From Candidatus Bathyarchaeota archaeon (lineage in GTDB: Archaea > Thermoproteota > CALKCG01 > B24 > DRYS01), in contig JAGTQC010000003.1 in assembly GCA_018396535.1 (NCBI GenBank), positions 112,052-176,051 on the forward strand: a DNA stretch of 64,000 nt, written 5' to 3'. Positions 61,497 through 64,000 of the stretch are shown piece by piece; the first letter of the stretch is position 1; the number at the start of each line of letters is the position of its first letter. Position numbers and translations under genes: made by a program. Below the pieces are notes generated by a model that saw only the letters and a list, made by a program, of their open reading frames with translations, was not told the origin of the DNA and searched no databases.

Positions 61497-62468
61497 ACCG
61501 TTTATGGTAATTCCCCACTCCGCCTATATAGAACTTTCCTATATATTAGACTAACATAATATAGATCGAACTACAATCTAGTCTACGACTTTGTAGAAGA
61601 TAGTAGAATTCTAAACTAGGTATTAAATTTGAGTATAATAAAGTATCCTTGAGGGAAATAATCGATTATTCTAGCCCAATCTATAGTGAAAGGTTAAAGA
61701 TAATAAAACGTATACTCTAGTATCCTAGGCTAAAGGCTAATAGAGTAGTTATAGAAGGTGGGTCAAGCTAGACTTATACCGTAATTGGTTTAAATCTATC
61801 TGATCAATTACTATAATTTATCATTAATTTGTTCAAACTTTTCAAAATAGTTTATGCTCGTTGAAAATTTAAAAGAAGTATGTTTGATCTTAGATTTAAA
61901 AAGATTAACTTAGATTTAGTCAAAAAGAATTATAAAGAGAGTTTGTAATATATTCTTATGTATGGGTTATATTCAACCAGAATTTTTCACTAATATTTTT
62001 GAGATAAATATTGAGCTCAATCCTTACTGTATAATATATGATTTTGTAGTCTTCAGAGATTCATTAGAAGGGTACAGGATTTATCCGGTAAAGTCTATTC
62101 AGGTATTGCAGACCGATATTTAATAGTTTTTGCATCTTGCTTTGTGAAGATACGTCCATTTCTTTGGGGACTATTAAGCTCATTATTAAGCCGAGACTTT
62201 CTATGATGCCCTCCATTTTAGTGGGTGGAAGATTAATCAAGATAGAAGTACCCCATCAGATCTCTAAGCATCTTATCAACTACTTTTTCATGAATTGGAG
62301 TGATGGTTAAATGTATACTTGGGGGTATACTCATCTCTGAGACCCCTCTCTGGGCTAGGAAAAGCCTATTCATCTCTAAATGTTCTATAGAAATGAGATC
62401 GCGTCGATAAAGATTCTATAGACAACAGATGAACTTCTAGAAGAAGCATACAAAGCATCCTTCTTTGC

Positions 62469-64000
62469 TTATCGGCGGCGCAAGATTAGGATCACGGCTA
62501 CAATTACGATCACTGCAAAAATTATGGCTGCAACCATCAGTAGCGTTGGGAATACCTCCGTGACGGTAACTGTTATACTATGAATACCAGCGTTTCCAGC
62601 ATGGTCCTTCACGGTTAGGGTTACCGTGTAAGTTCCAGCTTTCCTATAGATGTGCGTTACTTTCACACCAGTTCCACTTTCCCCATCTCCAAAATCCCAT
62701 TCGTAGCTAGCTATCCCTATATTATCCGTTGATGCGCTTGCATCAAAGACCACTGTGTCACCAACGTTTACTTTTCGATCTTGCCCAGCATTTGCGATAG
62801 GTTTACTCTTATCCAGCTTTATGCCAGTTATAAATTTATGAGCCTCCTCGTTCCCAGCCTTATCAACGCTCCAATATTCTAGAGTATTATTAGCACCCTC
62901 CACAGTTATGAGTGGATGACCATCAACACTAACTTTCTTCACTGGACCATTATTTATTCTATAATAGGTTTCCGCGACCCCACTCATATCATCGTTAGCC
63001 TTCAAGGTTATGGTGAAGTCCGCGTTATGCCATATGTCCTCATATAAAGCCCTGGTTACTGGAGGGTTGACGTCTCTCTTCTCAATAACTCGGCAGGTAT
63101 GTTCTTGCGATATGATGTAATTGCCAACATTATCTATTGCGATGACTCTCCAACTAATTCTTGAGCCAGCGTGCTGAGCGGGTATTTTACCTACATATGG
63201 TTCTTCACTGAAACCGTAACCACATATTGGCTCAACTACATATCTTCTCTCTAAATCCATATCTATGTAATTCCATTCGCCACCGTTAATACTATAAGCT
63301 AACAAGGCTCTGTATATTCCACTCCTACTATCATAGATGTTTGCCCTCACAACAAGATCCTCTCCCTCACATACTTCGCTCGCCGCCCCTGCAGAGACAA
63401 TAACCGGCTTTTCGGCGTCATGAAGTTTATAGAGCAATATTCTATCATATGTATAAAATACGGCATAAATCCTACCATAGGCTATACTTACCTTTGGAGA
63501 AATAGCCCCCTCCCCGAAATAAGTCAGATTAAAGATGGGAGTTATACCCCTCCATAATAGGTAGAGGCGACCGTACCTCTTACCGTATACTGGGAGAGCC
63601 AAGATCTTTTTAGCGGCTACTGCAATTCCGTAAGGCTCATGGAAACGCTCCTCCTCAGGCAAATCGAACTTACCTATATCTCTCCCTTGGAAGTCGAGTA
63701 CGGAAACCCTTCTACTATCAACTACGTAAATAGCGTCTTCTCCTACAGAGAAACTTTGAACTCCTATTTCCTTTCTCCATACCACTGTGCCGTCCGGCGA
63801 GAGCCCAATTAACCTCCTATTATATTCCTTAACTAAAACCAAGTTATTTTTGAATGCCACTCCTGACAAATAGTCGTCTCCATTAAATGTCCAAACGGAC
63901 TCACCGTTTTCAGCGCTTAATGCATAAAGGCTTTTGCTATATTCAAGGTTCACGTAAAGCCTACCGTTGCCATAAGCTAAATCCACAACAACCTTATTCT
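62469..64000 (-). CDS. Surface protein: PQQ-like beta-propeller, Ig-like repeats, PKD domain, C-terminal membrane anchor; 5'-truncated by window edge
   Basis: LYAL..ENGE.VW repeats, YWSVDKAGN, YEWDFGDG PKD motif, TM helix plus RRR; frame stays open to 64000. Confidence 0.8.
   Translation of the reverse strand, partial: NKVVVDLAYGNGRLYVNLEYSKSLYALSAENGESVWTFNGDDYLSGVAFKNNLVLVKEYNRRLIGLSPDGTVVWRKEIGVQSFSVGEDAIYVVDSRRVSVLDFQGRDIGKFDLPEEERFHEPYGIAVAAKKILALPVYGKRYGRLYLLWRGITPIFNLTYFGEGAISPKVSIAYGRIYAVFYTYDRILLYKLHDAEKPVIVSAGAASEVCEGEDLVVRANIYDSRSGIYRALLAYSINGGEWNYIDMDLERRYVVEPICGYGFSEEPYVGKIPAQHAGSRISWRVIAIDNVGNYIISQEHTCRVIEKRDVNPPVTRALYEDIWHNADFTITLKANDDMSGVAETYYRINNGPVKKVSVDGHPLITVEGANNTLEYWSVDKAGNEEAHKFITGIKLDKSKPIANAGQDRKVNVGDTVVFDASASTDNIGIASYEWDFGDGESGTGVKVTHIYRKAGTYTVTLTVKDHAGNAGIHSITVTVTEVFPTLLMVAAIIFAVIVIVAVILILRRR

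Noticed and set aside
62205-62231. Possible IS200/IS605 right-end hairpin remnant (gatgccctccattttagtgggtggaag)
   Set aside because: Only a loose resemblance, and no recognisable TnpA/TnpB coding remnant nearby.
62300-62340. Possible C/D box sRNA (GTGATGG...CTGA)
   Set aside because: Too short, degenerate C box and no C'/D' pair.
1-64000. tRNA, rRNA, CRISPR arrays, integrases or transposases
   Set aside because: No cloverleaf, rRNA-like segment, regularly spaced repeat array or recombinase ORF was recognised by eye.

Overview
This is a gene-dense archaeal chromosomal segment. Gene content and style (archaeal DnaG, MAT, Dph5, Tyw1, RbkR, Sm, DUF2139, F420-dependent Mtd) suggest a Thermoproteota/TACK-type organism, probably a thermophile; the taxon is inferred. 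It carries a Dpp/Opp ABC transporter, a xylose-isomerase-like enzyme, ABCE1 and thiC. A 15.6-kb purine superoperon follows (purF-purF'-purD-glyA-folD-purN-folC-purSS-DUF711-purL-purQ-purE-purC-purM) with a bacterial-type tetrahydrofolate module. The rest includes DNA ligase, dnaG, tyrS, riboflavin/FAD genes, a BMP-family nucleoside ABC transporter, ilvD/ilvE, a second archaeal-type SHMT, rio2, MAT, Sm, mtd and a surface protein cut by the window edge. Top finding: the S-adenosylmethionine synthetase gene is interrupted, in the conserved ERKGxGHPD motif, by a 35-nt insert with an in-frame stop. The insert folds into a bulge-helix-bulge-type splice structure, and canonical cleavage restores the frame exactly, so it is a candidate archaeal mRNA intron in a metabolic gene. 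Also notable: an unannotated 35-aa poly-Glu/Trp peptide gene (own promoter, SD and terminator-like tract) directly upstream of ABCE1, two GC-rich structured intergenic RNA candidates, and perfect DNA tracts shared between paralogous domains. No tRNA, rRNA or CRISPR array was seen. All calls rest on motif recognition only; no searches were run.
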